The notes under the pieces were generated by a model, which was not told the DNA's origin, did no database searches, and saw nothing but the letters and a program-made list of their open reading frames with translations. Of a stretch of DNA of 64,000 nt, positions 25,951-38,749 are shown piece by piece (positions within the stretch are counted from its first letter, which is position 1; each line of letters opens with the position of its first letter). The stretch comes from Mobula hypostoma. Lineage: Eukaryota. A program made the translations under genes and the position numbers. Where the stretch lies: positions 64,606,001 to 64,670,000 of the forward strand of contig NC_086108.1 of assembly GCF_963921235.1 (NCBI RefSeq), in the 5' to 3' direction.

Positions 25951-27194
25951 TGCACTTCAGAAGATTCTTTAACAATTATGTGTCATAGGGATGACTGTAT
26001 ATTCTCATATTGTTAAACAGGTTCACATTATGAACTTATTTTCTTAATTGTTTTAAAATATATTTAGTTCAAAAGTTTTTTGTGTTTAAATCTTAAGATG
26101 GTAAAGTGTTTATATTATTAAATTTAGAGTTCTTGTAGTTGGAGTCTGCATGTGACATGGCGATGATGTGTGCTTGTAAACTTGGTGGGTCACATGACTA
26201 TAAGCCCCTTTTAAGAGTAAGGCGATTGATAGGTATGATGCAGTTCTGCTGAGCCGTTCCCTGATGCATAGAAAACTCTGTTTCATATATTGTAGCCTTG
26301 GAAAGCTCTGTACCAGTGAAGGAGCAACTCTGACTCTTTCTGAGTTGTTCCCAGGATCAGATGCAGGGTTCTGGAACCTTCCCAGCAAACTTGACATGGC
26401 TAATACTTCTGTGAGCTGACCTTTGTCCCCTCAGTTCACTCAGTTCTATTCAAATGACTGTAGTATTATTTATTTTCTGCTGTGGCAGGGAAACTGCAAT
26501 TGTTTTTAGTCCTTCTGAAAGACAAACCTGAAATTTTGGGAAGGTACTTTGAATTAACCCCCTTCCTTGGATTGCAGCATCTAATGTTTAGTAGACGGGA
26601 AGTATTATTACTTTAGTCAAATAGGTCAAGAGCTTGATGATAACCAATGAAGAAAGGAAGCTATCTCTCAGCTGAGTGATCATTATGAAGTGTATGAGAA
26701 TGGTTGACACAATTGTTTTCATTTTTACCTACTACTATTTAAATAAAGATACTTGACAATCTATTGACTGAAATCACTGAAAGAAAGACCGAGAAGTTCA
26801 GATGCCTGACATTGCTTGTTTCAGTGCTCTTCATAATATTATCTTTAATCCTTAAGGCACCTTCCACCCTTACCCTTCCACCCCTTATCCATGACACTCA
26901 TTTCACTCCTGACCTCACAAGACGCAGATAATAGATGAATCAAGACTTTAATGGTACAATGCTCTGAGGTTTCTTGGATATCCTGGTAATCCTGAGCTTT
27001 ACTTATGCATAAACCCAATCCTTCAGGGACACAACACCCTGAGGCTATGTTCTCTTTCCGCTATCAGTTCCTTACTAGCTCCAGTACCAACTCCTCTTCT
27101 CCATTATCCATCCTGCTGGGCCATGCCTCCAAATGTGCTACTTCTGTTTTGTCACCTGTCCCCACCTTAACTCATGGTCAGTTGCCCAGTGATA

Positions 27195-27845
27195 TTCTCA
27201 TTGAGGGGTTAGCAGTGGAAAGAATGAGCTGTTTTAAGTTGGTGGGTGTCAGCACCTCAGAAGATCTATCTGGGGCACAACATTTTGATGCAACATCTTG
27301 CTGACACACCAGTGATGATACTTCATTGGGAGTTTGGTGAGATTTGGTATGTCACTAAACGCTAGCAAATTTCTGCTAATGTACTGTGGAGAGCATTCTG
27401 ATGGGTTGCGTCACCATCTGGTGTGGAGATGTTAATGCACAGGATCGTAAGAGGCCTCTGAGGGTTGTAAACTCAACAAACTCCTCACGAGCACAAGCCT
27501 CCCCACCATTGAAGACATTTTAAAAAGGCAGTGCCTCAAGAAGGTAGCATCTATCATTAAAGATCCTCACCATCTGTGACGTGTCTGCTTCTCATTATTA
27601 CCATGAGAGAGGAGGTAGAAGAGCCTGAAGACCCATACACAAAATTTTAAGAGCAGCTTCTTACCCTCTGCCATCAGGTTTCTGAATGGTTCATGAGCAT
27701 TACCACACTATTCCTCATTTGCATCATCTATTTATCTATTTATTTATTATTGTAACATAGTAATTTGTTATACCTACATTGCACCGCAGCCACTAAACAC
27801 AAATTTCACAATTAATGTCCGTGGTAATAAATCTGATTTTGATTT
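27195..27845 (+). mobile_element. Rex1/Babar-clade LINE 3' fragment
   Basis: VERMSCFKLVGVSTSEDLS, gtggagagcattctg..ggttgc, catctatcattaaagatcctcacc; tail aataaatctgattttgatt. Confidence 0.85.
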
Positions 27846-28009
27846 AAGACAATCCTGATTTTTTTTTCTTATTGGCAGCCACTTGATTTCCTATCATTAA
27901 TACCTCCTGACAACTGCCTACCCCCCTCCCTCAGCCCGTCCTTTTGTCCAGCTCTGAGCCTGCCTGAACCCCTCCGTGTTCCTTTACATGCTCATTTTCT
28001 TTCCCAGTA

Positions 28010-28293
28010 CGCAAACACGAGGAAATCTGCAGATGCTGAAATTTCAAGCAACGCACATATAAGTTGCTGGTGAACGCAGCAGGCCAGGCAGCATCTCTGG
28101 GAAGAGGTATAGTTGACGTTTCGGGCCGAAACTCTTCGCCAGGACTAACTGAAAGAACAGCTAGTAACAGATCTTACTAGCTCTTCTTTCAGTTAGTCCT
28201 GACGAAGGGTCTTGGCCCGAAACGTCGACTGTATCTCTTCCTAGAGATGCTGCCTGGCCTGCTGCATTCACCAGCAACTTTTATGTGTGTTGC
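28010..28293. mobile_element. Fold-back Penelope-derived element (~285 bp) with a 13-bp TSD
   Basis: TSD ttctttcccagta (27997-28009) / ttctttcgcagta (28294-28306); inverted arms centred on agatct ~28169-28174. Confidence 0.92.
28195..28230 (+). ncRNA. Minimal type I hammerhead ribozyme motif (core intact)
   Basis: agtc-CTGACGA-a-ggg(tcttgg)ccc-GAAA-cg-TC^-gact: stem I agtc/gact, stem II ggg/ccc, palindromic ACGT stem III, GUC triplet; predicted cut after 28226. Confidence 0.75.
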
Positions 28294-29304
28294 TTCTTTC
28301 GCAGTAACCTGACCTCACTGCCTCTCCCTACAAATCTAATCTCAGTTTCACAAATATGTTTGTGAGTTTGGTTGGGACTGAGGCGCAACTGAAATTAGCA
28401 GTGAAGATGCATGAATAAATATTTTTAGGTCGAAAACTGTGCAATAAATCTATGATAATCTGCTATCCATTTGTCGGAACTCTTGATGGTTTGGCATCTG
28501 GATCACTCATTAGCCCAGAATGTAGTAGGGGATCCACAGTGTAAGTGGAATGTGGGGCAGAGCAGGCAGTTTGGAGTATAGTCAGGGCTGGGGTCCTGAT
28601 TTAAGTGTATTTGGGTATTAATATGATGAATTCCAACAGTTTCAAGAATCCTACTGTAGTATCCAAACAGGACCGCACAAACTGTTGTTGAGCAAATAGG
28701 AAGTATTCATTTCGTCACTTGACCCTGGATGCGCATTGGAAATAATTAGCTATTTGTAACAGATGCCACTTGTTAGCGTTCAGAATGAAAAGTGCATTTT
28801 GTTGCAAGTTCGATTATTTTGATAAGTTTGCCCAGTGAATATTCCCAAGGATTGCAAGATGCTTTAATTACAGATCTCCCAAAGTGAAGTATTAATTAGC
28901 AGAAATAACCTGCTGAATTTAGTTCTGAAGAAAAGGGAGGGTGAACTCCTTTCTTTAGTTTATCTATCTCAGACTGATAATTTTCGTTTTCTTGTCACCT
29001 GAGAACTCTCAAAGCAAATATTTCTGAATCGAGGTAGTTTTGTGGCAGCATGCAATTCATTAACATTATAGCTATAAAACTGTCAAGAACAGTGGATGTC
29101 CATCCCTCATAACGAGACTGGATTTATACTCAGACCTCGGGGGCAGAAGAACTAGTATCATAATTCAAGTCTTAAATCAATTCACTGGGTAGTCCTTTTG
29201 AATTTTTTTCCTGGCTTGCTGGTGTTGGGAAAAATATTCTAGCACCAAACAGTGCATTAGAATCTTTACTCCATCCACCACACTGAATGATTTGCTCCTT
29301 TCTC

Positions 29305-29382
29305 ATAATGCACTTTTTACTCATGAAAATTAATCTATTTGTTATAATGCACTTTTTACTCATGAAAATTAATCTATTTGTT
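29305..29382. repeat. Perfect 39-bp tandem duplication
   Basis: ataatgcactttttactcatgaaaattaatctatttgtt at 29305-29343 and 29344-29382. Confidence 0.97.
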
Positions 29383-29706
29383 ACCAGGTCATAGTGAAAA
29401 CAATTCTACAGCTTGAAATTAAATAAAACTGAAGATAGTATTTTTAATTACAAATGAGCAAATTTGGTTCCTCTTACCTTGGCTCAATGATTCTAAGAAA
29501 GCCTGAACCAGTGTTCAGGGTAAGGAGGCAAAGCAAAGACAGGACCAAAATAGAAAATGTGATGTCTAGTATTTTGAACAGTTCTGAACATAAAAATTGT
29601 GTAGTGTAGTTTAGTTTAAGTTTGTGTCTTGACTTGACAACAATTGGTTTATTAAATTTAGCTCACCTTGCCCCTCTCAGTGAAAACTCATATTGCAATA
29701 GAACCT

Positions 29707-29933
29707 CAAACAACAGGAATTCTGCAGATGCTGGAAATTCAAGCAACACACATCAAAGTTGCTGGTGAATGCAGCAGGCCAGGCAGCATCTCTAGGAAGA
29801 GGTACAGTCGACGTTAGTAACTCTTCCTTCAGTTAGTCCTGACGAAGGGTCTCGGCCTGAAACGTGGACTGTACCTCTTCCTAGAGATGCTGCCTGGCCT
29901 GCTGCGTTCACCAGCAACTTTGATGTGTGTTGC
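29707..29933. mobile_element. Fold-back Penelope-derived element with a 14-bp TSD
   Basis: TSD ttgcaatagaacct (29693-29706) / ttgcaataaaacct (29934-29947); the hammerhead core at 29835-29870 has GTG in place of GTC. Confidence 0.92.
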
Positions 29934-31469
29934 TTGCAATAAAACCTGGCTGTCTCTACCTGGAAATATGGCAAAGCTGAGAAACAATTGATTTTGGGGC
30001 TGAACTTTTTGTCTTAGGACAGTTGATGTGGGACCACAGTGGCTTAATTTATTTTAGGGCATATTTAAAAAAAGGAGGGGCCTCTTAGGCACTTTGTTTG
30101 CCACAGAGCATGAGAATCCATGGCATGCCATGACCTCAGAAGGGTCAGCAGTATTAAAGCGCAGGAGCAGGAAGGGCCGGAAGATTTTCCTTTTTTGAAG
30201 GTAAAAGGGAAGAATGTTGAACTCAATACTTTGTCATGAAGAGAGATAAGTTCCAAATTAATGGATGCCGGAAATTTAGAATTATTCATTGATGGTACTC
30301 ATGTTTATCATTTATCTCTTTTATCAGCTGTAAAATGTTGCCAAGAATTGGGGAAACAGTGTGTGCAGGTGATACAGGGTGTTGACTGGACTGAGGTATC
30401 ATTTTTCAATCTAGTTGGTGAGGAGGAGTACAATTGTGGGATAGGATGCAGTGGGGCGATTGGAGTACTGATATAAAGAGTTGAGGTGGAAGTATGCTTT
30501 ATGGTAAGGAAATGGTTATTAGTGGCTTAGGTAAGAGGAATTATGAGACGATTATGTGTTTGTCCGTCCTAATCTGCCTCTTGTGAGCAGGATTGGCAAA
30601 GTACTTACATTATATGTAACAGAATATTGTTAGTATTTATATTCATATGTTCTAAACAACAAAACATTTTAAAAATAAAATGAATGTTTACATATATTCA
30701 ATAAGCTAAAAATAAAGGTTTAACAGGACAGCACCTATAAGACAGAAAATCAATAGCTCTGAAATCAGCAGCTCTGTTTTTCTTTGAGCCTTAAACCGTG
30801 TCCAGTGCTAATGGAAGAAATCTGTGTTATGTTACTATGAAATTTAAAATGTTGTTGCATCTTTTACAGGCAAGAATATCCAGAGAAAATTTTAATATAG
30901 TAAATTTTAGGGAGAAGACGAAGGCTCCTTTTTGAACTTCTATGCACTCAGATCTGCGCAAGAGTACTCTGACAGAGGAAACTCAGTACTTACACAAACT
31001 TAAAAGGGCTTAAGTTTTGAGTTCATAAAGGATTGTTTTAAAGTTTCATGTAGATTATGCAAATTTCCTCACTTGAAGATAAAAAGTAATTACTTCTGGG
31101 GTCTCCTATTCTCAAACATTGTTATGCAATAAAGATCTTATTATCTGATCTTGAAACAGGCAAGCAACTTTGCATTATTTTCATTGAATATCTCACAGAT
31201 TTCAGATTCCTGCAAAGTCAGTTAGTTGTTGAATGCAGAACTGTTCATTCCTAAAAACTCCGAGCAGATAAGCGAGTGTATTTTCCAAATTGCTGGAGAG
31301 ATGTTGCAAGGTTGCCTTACAATATTAACACTGAAATAAGAATGCTTAGTCTTTGGTATATAGCTTTAACTAAATCAGTAATTTGGAATGTGGCTGCATA
31401 CATATTTTCATTGGAAGCTGAGTTATGCTGTCATTGCAATATACAAGTGAACATTACCCAAATTATTTG

Positions 31470-34258
31470 TGTACAGCACAGGAACAGACCCTTCAGCCCA
31501 CAGTGTTGTGCCAAATTAAGTAACTTAGTTATCAAGTGAATAACTAATTTCTTCAGCCTACACAATGTCCATATACTTCATTTTCCTCACATTCGTGTGT
31601 CTATCTGAACATCTCTTAATAGTCCCTAATGTTTCTGCCTCTACCACCACCCCACAAAGCACATTCCATGCACCTGCCGACACTCTTGTGCAAAAATACT
31701 TGTCCCTCACATCTCCTTTGAAATAATCCCCTCTCACCTTAAATACATGCCATCTGGTATTAGACATTTGAACCTTAGGAAAAAGATACGTTCTATCTAC
31801 TCTATTGAAGCCTCTCATAGTCTTATAAATCTCTATCAGATCTCCACTTGGCATTGTCTGCTCCAGAGAAAACAACCCAAGTTTGTCCAACCTCTCATCG
31901 TAGCATATTTCCTCTTATCCACGTAGCATTCTTCTGTACCCTGTCCAATACCTAAACATCCTTTCCATAATGGGGTGAACAGAACTTGTATGCAGTACTC
32001 TAGATGCAGCCTAGCTAGAGTTCTATAAAGCTGCAACAAAACTTTCTGATTGTTGAACTCAATGCCTGGATTAATAAAGGCAAGCGTACCATATGCCTTC
32101 TTAACCATCCTATCAACCAATACCGCCACTTTCAGGGAGTTATGAACTTGGATCTCAAGATCCCTCTGCTCATCAATGCTATTAAGGGTCTTGTCCTTAA
32201 CAGTGTACTGTATCTTTATGTTTGACTAATCAAGATGCAACACGTCATATTTGGCTGGGTTAAACTCCATCTGCCATTTCTTCACCCATATCTGCTACTG
32301 ATCAATATCCCGCTGTATTCTTGGTCAGTTTTCTATGGCTACCCACAATGCCACCAAACTTCATATCATCTGCAAACTTACTAAGCCATCCATCTACATT
32401 TTCATTTATATACATCACAAACAGCAGAGGTCCCTGTACAGATCCCTGCGGAACACTACTAATTAGAGACCTCCAGCTAGAATAAATCTCATTGGCCACT
32501 ATTCTCTGCCTTTTATGGGCAAGCCAGTTCTGAATCAAAATAGCCAATTCTCCATGGATCGCATGCATCTTAATCTCCCAGGTGAGTCTCCCATGTGGGG
32601 GCCTTGTTAAATGCCTTACTAAAATCCATGCATAACGTTCACAGCTCTACCTTCACCAAAAACCTTGTCATCTTGTTAAAAAATTCAGTCAAGTTAATAA
32701 CACACAACTTGCCCTGCACAAAACCATGCTGGCTCTCCCCAATTAGGTCATGGGTTTCTAAATGCTCATAAATCCTATCTCTAAGAATTCTCTTCAGAAA
32801 CTTCCTTACCACTGAAGTGAGACTAAGGGGTCTATAAATTTCCAGGATTATCCCTGGTTCCCTTCTTGCATTTTGGAACAACATTAGCTACTCACCAATC
32901 CTCCAGGACCTCTCTTGTGTCTGGAGAGAACCAAAGATAATGGTTAAGACTCCAGCAATCTCTTCTCTTGCCTATCTCAATAACCTGGGGACTTACCCAC
33001 AATAATTCTCTTTAAGAGACCCAACATTACCTCCTCCTTTACCTCGAAGTGCCCTAGCATATTAATATTCTCGGCACTGATCTCCCTATCCTCGTGTCCT
33101 TCTCCTTTGTAAATACTAGTGTAAAGTACTCAGTAAGGACCTGACCTCGTCCTCCACAACCAGCAAATGCCCCCCCACCCCCATCCTTGAGTGGTCTACC
33201 CTCTTGTAGTTATCCTCTTGCTCTTGATGTATGTATATAATGCCTTGGGATTCCCTTTAATTCTACTTGCCAAGGACTTTTCATGTCCTCTCCTGGCTTT
33301 CCAAATTATTTTTCTTGAGTTCTTTTCTGGCTTTTTAATAATCCTCAAGAGCTCCATTTGATTCTAGCTTCCTAAGCTTCACATAATTTTCCTTTCGCTT
33401 CTTGACTAAGTTCATCACCTCCATCGACGTTGTGTGCTTTTACCTTGCAATCCTTGCCGTTCCTCCTGACTGGAATATACCTGTCCTGTACTCTTTGCAG
33501 CTGGTCTTTAAACACCCTCCACATGTCACATGCCCAAAAACAACTGTCCCCAATTAACTCTCCCTAGTTCCTGCCTAACGCTTTCATAATTTTCTCTGCT
33601 CCGATTTAATGTTCTCTCGCAAGGCCCATACTTGTCCTTATCTATAGCTGTCTTAAAAGTTAAGGGATTGTGGCCACTGTTCCCTAACTGCTCAATCACT
33701 GATAGGTCAGTCGCCTGGCCTGGCTCATTACCCAACACTACATTCAGTATGCCCCCCCCCCCCAATTGGACTATCCACATATTGATTTAAGAAAATCTCT
33801 ATATAAATCTCTTGCACTCTGAAAGTCTCAGATAATATATTAAGGAAGTTGAAGTCACCATGATAAAACTCCTTTTTTTCCCAACTTTCCTCAATCTCCC
33901 TATATTTCTGTTCCTCAATGTCCCTGTGGCTATTGGGTGGTCAGCAGTATAATCCCATCAGAGTGATTGCACCCTTCCTGTTTAGACTCAGTGGACGAGC
34001 CCTCCATTATGTCTGTTTGAATACAGCTGTGATATTGTCCCTGAGTGGTACTGTAACTACACACCACCCAATTTTACATCCCTCTCTATCTTTTCTAAAG
34101 CATCAAAAACCTGGAATATTAAGCACCAATTTCTGTCCCTCTCTCAACCAAGTCTCTGTAATGGCTGCAGCATCATAGTACCATGTACTGACCAATGCTA
34201 TTAAGTTCATCACTTTTACTTATAATATTCCTAGCATTAAAATACACATACTTCAAAC
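31470..34258 (-). mobile_element. CR1-clade LINE, long degenerate copy (endonuclease to RT to 3' UTR)
   Basis: ORFs 32639-32884 (YRPLSLTSVVRK..SQHGF), 32302-32568 (SVPQGSVQGPLLF..SKFADD), 31836-32129 (LYRTLARLHLEYC), 31558-31890 and 33526-33780. Confidence 0.92.
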
Positions 34259-34988
34259 TAACTGTCTCATCGATCTTCGCTGTGGAAGACACTAGCAATA
34301 TTGTGGAAGTTCCAAATGTCAGGTGTCATGAAGTGAGTAAAGTTATCCTTTCTAGAGAGAAGGGTTTTGGGAAACTGAAAGGTCTGAAGGTAGATAAGTC
34401 ACCTGGACCAGATGGTGCACACTCCAGGGGTCTGAAAGAGATGGCCGAAGAGACTGTGGGGGCATTAGTAATGATCTTTCAGGAATCACTAGAATCTGGA
34501 ATGGTTCCAGAAGACTGGAAAATTGCAAAAGTCATTCCACTATTCAAGAAGGGAGATAGTCCATGAGCCAGTAGGGTTGGTAGGTACCATCTGAGGAGAA
34601 TAATGCTCATAGTGATTTTTGGCAAGGTGTACATCTCTAGACTTAGAAAATATGTGATAGCATTGCACCAGTGGTAGCCTTATTACTTCAGATAAGTAAT
34701 CACTTTTTGTATATATTCCATATTAACATCAATACAGCAGAAAATGTTATCCCTCCCCCCCAAAAGGTGAAAAACCTCATTTGGAGAGGTTTCTGGAGTT
34801 TTATCAATGTCATGATATTTTCCATATTGTTGTATCAAATCAAAACAATCTTAAGCTTTTGTCATAGCATATAGTATTACAGTACAATAATTCAAATGTG
34901 GGGTTCCACGTGGCCATAACCTAGGCCCCATTTGGTTGTAAAATGAATATATTTAATCAAAGACTAATTTCCATACTTTCATAACCTA

Positions 34989-36396
34989 TTAATAATCATA
35001 ATAATTTTCCACATCTTCCACATCTTCATCTGAACTTTCCACACTCTCAGATGTGGATGCCTGGTTCTCACAGTCTGCCAGTCTACGCATGTCAGTATAC
35101 CTGAGGCCATTTGCAACACACATACATCTTGGGAGTGAACATTTTTTTGGACAGTTACGGGCCAGTAGATCCAGGATGGCATCGGGTGCTGGCTGGCCTT
35201 CCATCCAGTGCACCACCAACTGTTCAGCTTCCTCTTCTCTCTCCATCTTCCATCCTCTGCCAACAGGGCTTGGCACTTGTGGGTCCTTCTCCAAACATCT
35301 TCTCCATATACCAGCATGGTAGTTGGCTCGCTGTACATGTTTTGTTAAGCAGTCCTTGCATAGTGTGAGTTGATGACTTTCGATTTCACCTTTTTTGGCA
35401 CAGAAAAGCTAATACCTGAGCTCATTGACCTTGGTGGTCGATGCTTTTGGGGCATGCGACAGACATGTAAATGCCTCCGGTTTGTCCATCAGTTCTGGGG
35501 AGAGGTCTCATTCCTGATTCAACTCTAAGAATGTGTCCTGAGTTTCCCTGTTGCTGGTCAGAAGTTTTAGGGCACTTGTCTTCCCTTTGCCTGCAAAAGC
35601 ACTTACAGTGTCACATCCTGTATATGTGTGCAACCCAATGAGAGCCCTACAAACCTCTATGACAACAGTGGCAGCAACCTTCCTGATGTCTACAAGCCTT
35701 GTATGGGTTCTGGTGCCACACTTCTGGAACAATGGGGCCTCAATCTTGTCACAAAATGCTAAAGACATGATAAAGACATCTGTGTCTTCTGAGCAGATCA
35801 CTTCAGTTTGGTATCCCTCTCTTGTGGCATGGGCAGCATGGAGAAGTAGGCAGGCATCCGCTTCTTGTTGACACTGAAGAGCTGACACCTCCTCACTGTC
35901 TTGAGATGTGATTCTATAACATTTGTCATTCACAGTTGCATACAGAATCTTCTCCTGTAGCTTTGCTCTGTACTCCGCCTTCCTCCATTCATGGACTATG
36001 AAGCCAATGAGACTATTTTTGTTACTGACTTTGGTCAGGAAGTTCCTCCACTGCCTCACCATCTGTGTGCCTATGATACCTTGCAACTCATGACCAGTCT
36101 CTTCACCCTGTAGAGATCGTTCACTATTCTTGATAGAGTTCTCCTTGTATGTGTCGATCACAACATCTATTCTGCTACTCTGACTGCCTTCCCTCAGAGC
36201 CATACCCAGAATTGTTGTGGCAACATCTCTGAAAGTAACTTGATCACCTTTCACTCTTTGGACCAAGTTCATACCATCAACCACTGTAGCAGAGTTTCCT
36301 GGGAGTTACTCTTCTACTGCTACATTTTTCTGCAAATTTGTGGCTAAAGTAGCTTTATTTGTCTTTCTCAGCAATCCTTCTTCTGTGGACAGGGCC
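34989..36396 (-). pseudogene. C-terminal part of the transposon protein: XPG/FEN1-like PIN nuclease domain plus degenerate Cys-rich tail
   Basis: LRKTNKA, VDGM, VVIDTY, QEADACLLLHA, SEDTDV, GCDTVSAFAGKGK (H3TH-like) in ORF 35508-36284; P...GW and CPKKC...CMC..NGL..TDM..C in ORF 34989-35294; stops and frameshifts present. Confidence 0.8.
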
Positions 36397-37375
36397 TGAT
36401 ATGTGATAAAGTCTGGTCTATGATCTTGTCGAAATTGGTTGCCTTGGCCCTCCAAACTTTGAGTTCCCTCTGTAGAGTTTGATTTTCCAAGACAACGTCC
36501 CTTAATGATACACTTTCAGGAACCATTAACAATTTTCCTTTGTCATCTGGAAATATGTCTACTGAATTGCTTAGCTCCGATTCCAGTTTCCTACGAATGT
36601 GCTTCTATGTAGAATCTTGCAGGAGTGTAACTCCACCAGATAGCATGAAAGATTCAAGTTTCGTGACCAAAGAAGTGACTTGTACAATCATCTTGTTGGG
36701 TATGATATCAGTTCTGATATACTCGAAAAGGTCTTTATAGGCTTCCCTTTCAATCCTTTTATACAGTTGGTCACCATCTGTTTCATCATCATTCTCTTTG
36801 TACTCAGGTTCCTTCTTCTTGATTCTGGTAGAATCCTTATAGCATGAAACATGATAGTGGGCCTCTGCAGCAGCTATGTCTCTGCTTGTTACGGCTAGAA
36901 TGTTTTCATCTTCCTTTTGGGTTGCATATTCCTGTAGTGTTTGGTCAGCTCTGAGTTGTACAGCTTGTGTAAGCTTTTCACGTGACTTGGAGCCCTTCAG
37001 AAATTTCACCTTATTACAAAAAATGCAGATTTGATCATACATCCTTGCTTCTGATGAAGATCTCCTACTTGGCTTTTTTGATGTACAGGTATTCTCACCA
37101 GTTTCATCAGTAATGCTTTCCTTGGCTTTCCTTTTCAGAGTCTGTAAGTCTCTCTTCATGGTGAAGTGGCTTCAGCATTTTTGGTGATAGCAGATTCTTG
37201 AGACTTTTTCTCTTAGTTCTTTAGCAACATCTGAAATAGGGGCATAGTTTCTCACTTTGGCTGCTTCAAGTAATGTTTTCCAGGATTCATAGTCTTGAGG
37301 ACTAACTAAATGGTCATCATCTTTTGATGTTTTCCGATGCTTCTTAATAGATTCTTTGTGCTTATGGCTCTCCAT
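36397..37375 (-). pseudogene. N-terminal part of the transposon protein (Cys/His motifs YHQKC, CIFC..HYHVSC)
   Basis: ORFs 37172-37375 and 36605-37159; reading continues to ..DQTLSHIR and then jumps to the C-terminal block. Confidence 0.7.
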
Positions 37376-38749
37376 TCTGAAGCAAAGTGATTCAGCTACT
37401 CCAGATCTAAATCTACTGTACTCTTCTCTCTCCTGTATTTTGCAGGCCTATCCCACCACCACAGTACCCGAAACAGAAAAAAAATCACATTAACCTTGCT
37501 GGTGAGAAAAGCACCTACTGCAAAGGTGATATAAATATATGTATAAATGGTGATATATAAGATATAAATGTGAAACAGAACATGAAAACATAAGTACATC
37601 TTATGATGTGTATAGTAAAAGTGTTGTCACTGCCAGTAGTAGATAACATTTGTCAAGATGCTAATTTTAACAGCTTTTCTGAAAAACATATAGTCTGAGC
37701 TATATTCCCACCAATTTTCAAAGATAAAACGTCAATAATAAGAGAGAGCCATCAGTTTGAAATAGAATGCTTTGTTTTCTACTATGTATAGTTTTGAAAA
37801 GTGTGTTTTGGCATGGGGTTATAAATCGAGTGATAACACACAGAAAGCTACCACCGCTGCAATGCTATCACATGTTCTCTAGCACTAGGGGTGTATACCT
37901 TGCCAAAAATCACTAAGAATTATTCCCCCCAGATGGTACCAGTGGCCCAAATTTGGAGTCCTGGCTCACGGGCTAAGAGAGGCAAAAGAAAGAAAACTAT
38001 AGGCCAGTGTTTGGGAAGATGGAGTCAATTATTAAGGATGAAGTCTCAGGGTACATGGAGCACATGATAAAATGGGCTGATTGGCAGGTGGCAAAGAGTG
38101 GGAATAAAGGGAGCCTTTTCTGGTTGGCTGCCAGTGATTAGTGGTGTTTCACAGTGGTCTGTGTTGTGTCCAATTCTTTTTGCGTTATATGTCGATGATT
38201 TGGATGATGGAATTGATGGCTTTGTTGAAAAGTTTGCAGATGATATGAAGATGGGTGGAGGGGCAGGTAGTTTTGAGGAAGTAGAGAGGCTCCAGAAGGA
38301 CTTAGATGTATTAAGGGAATGGGCAAATAAGTGGCAGAAGGAATAGTATTGGGAAGTGTATGGTCATGCACTTTTGTAGAAGAATATAAAGGGTTGAATA
38401 TTTTCTAAAAATGGAGAGAAAATATTAAAAACTGAGTGCTAAAACTGACCCTTGTCCAGGATTCTGTAAAGGTTAATCTGCAGATCGAGTCTGTGGTGTG
38501 GAAGGTAAATGTGATGTTAGCATTTGTTTTGGGAGGACTAGAATATAAAAGCAATGATGTAATACTGAGACTTTATAAAGCACTAGGTGAGGCCTCACTT
38601 GGAGTATTGTAAGCAATTTTGAGCCCTTTATTGTAGAGAGGATATGCTGAAGCTGGAGAGGTTTCAAAGGAGGTTCACAAAAATGATTCCAGGATTGAAT
38701 GGCTTGCCATATGAGGAGTATTTGATGGCTCTGGTCCTGTATTCACTAT

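Larger units (their letters stand above)
34557..37975 (-). mobile_element. Academ-type (AcademX-like) DNA transposon, internally deleted, 3419 bp
   Basis: Ends TAGTCCATGAGCCAG / CTGGCTCACGGGCTA; imperfect TIRs ~34557-34680 and ~37845-37975; 3-bp TSD AGA (34554-34556, 37976-37978); XPG-like and Cys-rich coding remnants. Confidence 0.85.

Noticed and set aside
21593..29933. Recurrent palindromic repeats as a CRISPR array or DNA-transposon MITEs
   Set aside because: They are dispersed with no spacers, have asymmetric arms and 13-15-bp TSDs, and match the Penelope terminus.
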